Source of the DNA: Hemiscyllium ocellatum
Lineage: Eukaryota
Reading direction: 5' to 3'
NCBI RefSeq assembly: GCF_020745735.1
Contig: NW_026867487.1
Coordinates: 5,039,239-5,103,238 of the forward strand
DNA length: 64,000 bases
Of this stretch, positions 62,301 through 64,000 are shown piece after piece. The position numbers and the translations under genes are program-made. The notes under the pieces are model-generated. The model was not told the DNA's origin. It did not search any database and saw nothing but the letters and a program-made list of their open reading frames with translations. Every line of letters starts with the position of its first letter. The first letter of the stretch is position 1.

Positions 62301-64000
62301 TTTGAGCGACGCTCCAGCGCCTAGAACGTATTATCCTGCTGCATGAAAAGTTATTTTGAAAGTTTCCATCCCTCAGTGACGGTGAAGACATTCAGAATCA
62401 GTTGGAGACATCTCTCGATAAAGACCACTGCCTTTTGAGGAAGGACATTCCCAAGTCTCACAATGCTCTGACAGATAAGTTATCCCTCGTCTCTGATTAA
62501 ACGGGTAGAGTCATAGAGTCCTACAATACGGAACAGCCTCTCTGTCTCAAATCCCCGAAGCCATCTGTCAACCCGAATACCATTTCCCTACACTTGACCC
62601 ATACCTTTCTAATCCTTTCCTATCCATGTACTTGCTGAATGCCTTTTAAATGTTGCTAATGTAGCCACCTCAACCACCTCCGCTGGCATTTCATTCCACA
62701 TGAGTACGACACTCTGCATTAAAAAAGTTGGTCCTTCGGTTCCTTTTCTTCCTTCCCCTTAAAGTGATGCCCTCTACCTCTTGATTCCCCACCTCCGGGA
62801 AAAAGATTGATTGAATTCACACTATCCATGCCTCTCATGGCCTTGTACACCTCCATATGTTCCACACTCTCCACCCCTATTGCAATCAATGTCCTACACT
62901 CTAAAGATAAACGTCCTAGTTTGTCTAACCTCTCCTTGCAAATCAGACCATTCAGTCCAGGCAATATACTTGTAAATTTCTTCTGCACTCTTTCCATTTT
63001 AATAAATCTTTCATACAGCAAGGTGACCAGACTGAGCACAATAACCCAAGTGCGGCCTCACCAACGTTGTGTACAATTGTAACATTATTTCTAATTTCTA
63101 TACTCAATTCCCTGACTGATGAAGACTAGTGTGCCAAAACCTTTTTCACTGTCCTGTCTAACTGTGACTTTCAGAGAACCATGCACTGAACACCGAGGTC
63201 TGTCTGTTGCACTACACTCCTTAAGGCCCTACCATACAACATGAAGTTCTTGCTTTGAATTGACTTTCCAAAATGCAATACGTCGCACTTGTCTATATCA
63301 AATTCCATTTGCGATTTCCGGCCCACTTTCCCAGCTGATCAAGGTCCTGTTGTAATTTCTGACAACCTTCTTCATTGTCCATGAAAACTCCGATTTTAGT
63401 ATCATCTACAAACTTACTGTAAATTTTCATCCTAATCATTGATATCAGAACATTGGATAGCTGTTTAAAAACGGATGAGTTTAAACTATAACCTCTCGTT
63501 CTAGTACGTCATGCAGATTAGAAAGTAGCCCTTGAAATATTTCCAATCTGAGCCCTCTTAAAAGACTGGCTTTCAGATTTTGGAAACTCGTCAGATGACT
63601 AAAAGCTCTTCTCACTTTCCCTGAATCTCATCATCCCTCTTACTTTAAAATTATGCAGCGGTCATTGAAGCGTTCACCAATGGGAAACTTATGTCTGTGC
63701 ATTTGATCCTGTCCTTTCAATCAAAACTCGAATTTCAATCGAATTTTAGTCAATACAATATTATTGCCCTCATGCCACATTAAGGTTAACTAAAACTTTA
63801 CTGAGCTGCTGAGCGCTGTAAAGCTTGGTTGATTGGATCCACCATGCCAAATTGTTTTCACTTGTTTAGATTTCCGTAATCTATGCAACACGATCAAGAG
63901 AGTTGACAAATAAGAGAAACACAGCTTCTTTTATAGATTAAGCCTTATTATAATCTAGAATTTCGAATGTAAGTGGGAATTCATTCAACACACATAGAAA

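Larger units (their letters stand above)
53859..63563. repeat. Duplication unit 4 (Vb3, Vc3, central block); homology ends at ~63563
   Basis: Colinear with unit 1 up to the homolog of ~18660, then unrelated sequence. Confidence 0.8.

Noticed and set aside
1-64000. CRISPR arrays, rRNA, bona fide tRNA genes, prokaryotic operons
   Set aside because: None seen; tRNA-like boxes belong to SINE heads and the repeats are vertebrate retroelements.

Overview
Eukaryotic DNA, most likely from a shark or other elasmobranch (inferred from HE1-type SINEs, shark-type CR1/L2 and Penelope-like elements, and a GPR139-like GPCR relic). The window is part of a T-cell receptor alpha/delta-type V-segment array; no D, J or C segment could be supported. 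From ~8.96 kb it is a tandem array of a duplicated cassette: unit 1 ~8960-26215, unit 2 ~26216-34425 (internally deleted), unit 3 ~34426-53858, unit 4 ~53859 to at least 63560. A full cassette carries two minus-strand V families (here Vb, Vc), two plus-strand families (Vd, Ve) and two decayed V relics. There are 12 V genes in the cassettes plus one disrupted V at 5589-6271, all associated with 23-bp-spacer RSSs. The most unusual observations are: (1) Vb lacks both Cys23 and Trp41 in all three open, CDR-diversified copies; (2) Vd is a compact V with leader and V in one exon; (3) Ve's own leader is dead in all copies and it appears to have captured the leader and promoter of an upstream dead V; (4) several Penelope-like insertions have outward-facing inverted arms, 10-17 bp target-site duplications and minimal hammerhead ribozyme motifs. 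Family names Va-Ve are my working labels. Repeat boundaries are approximate and were read by eye.
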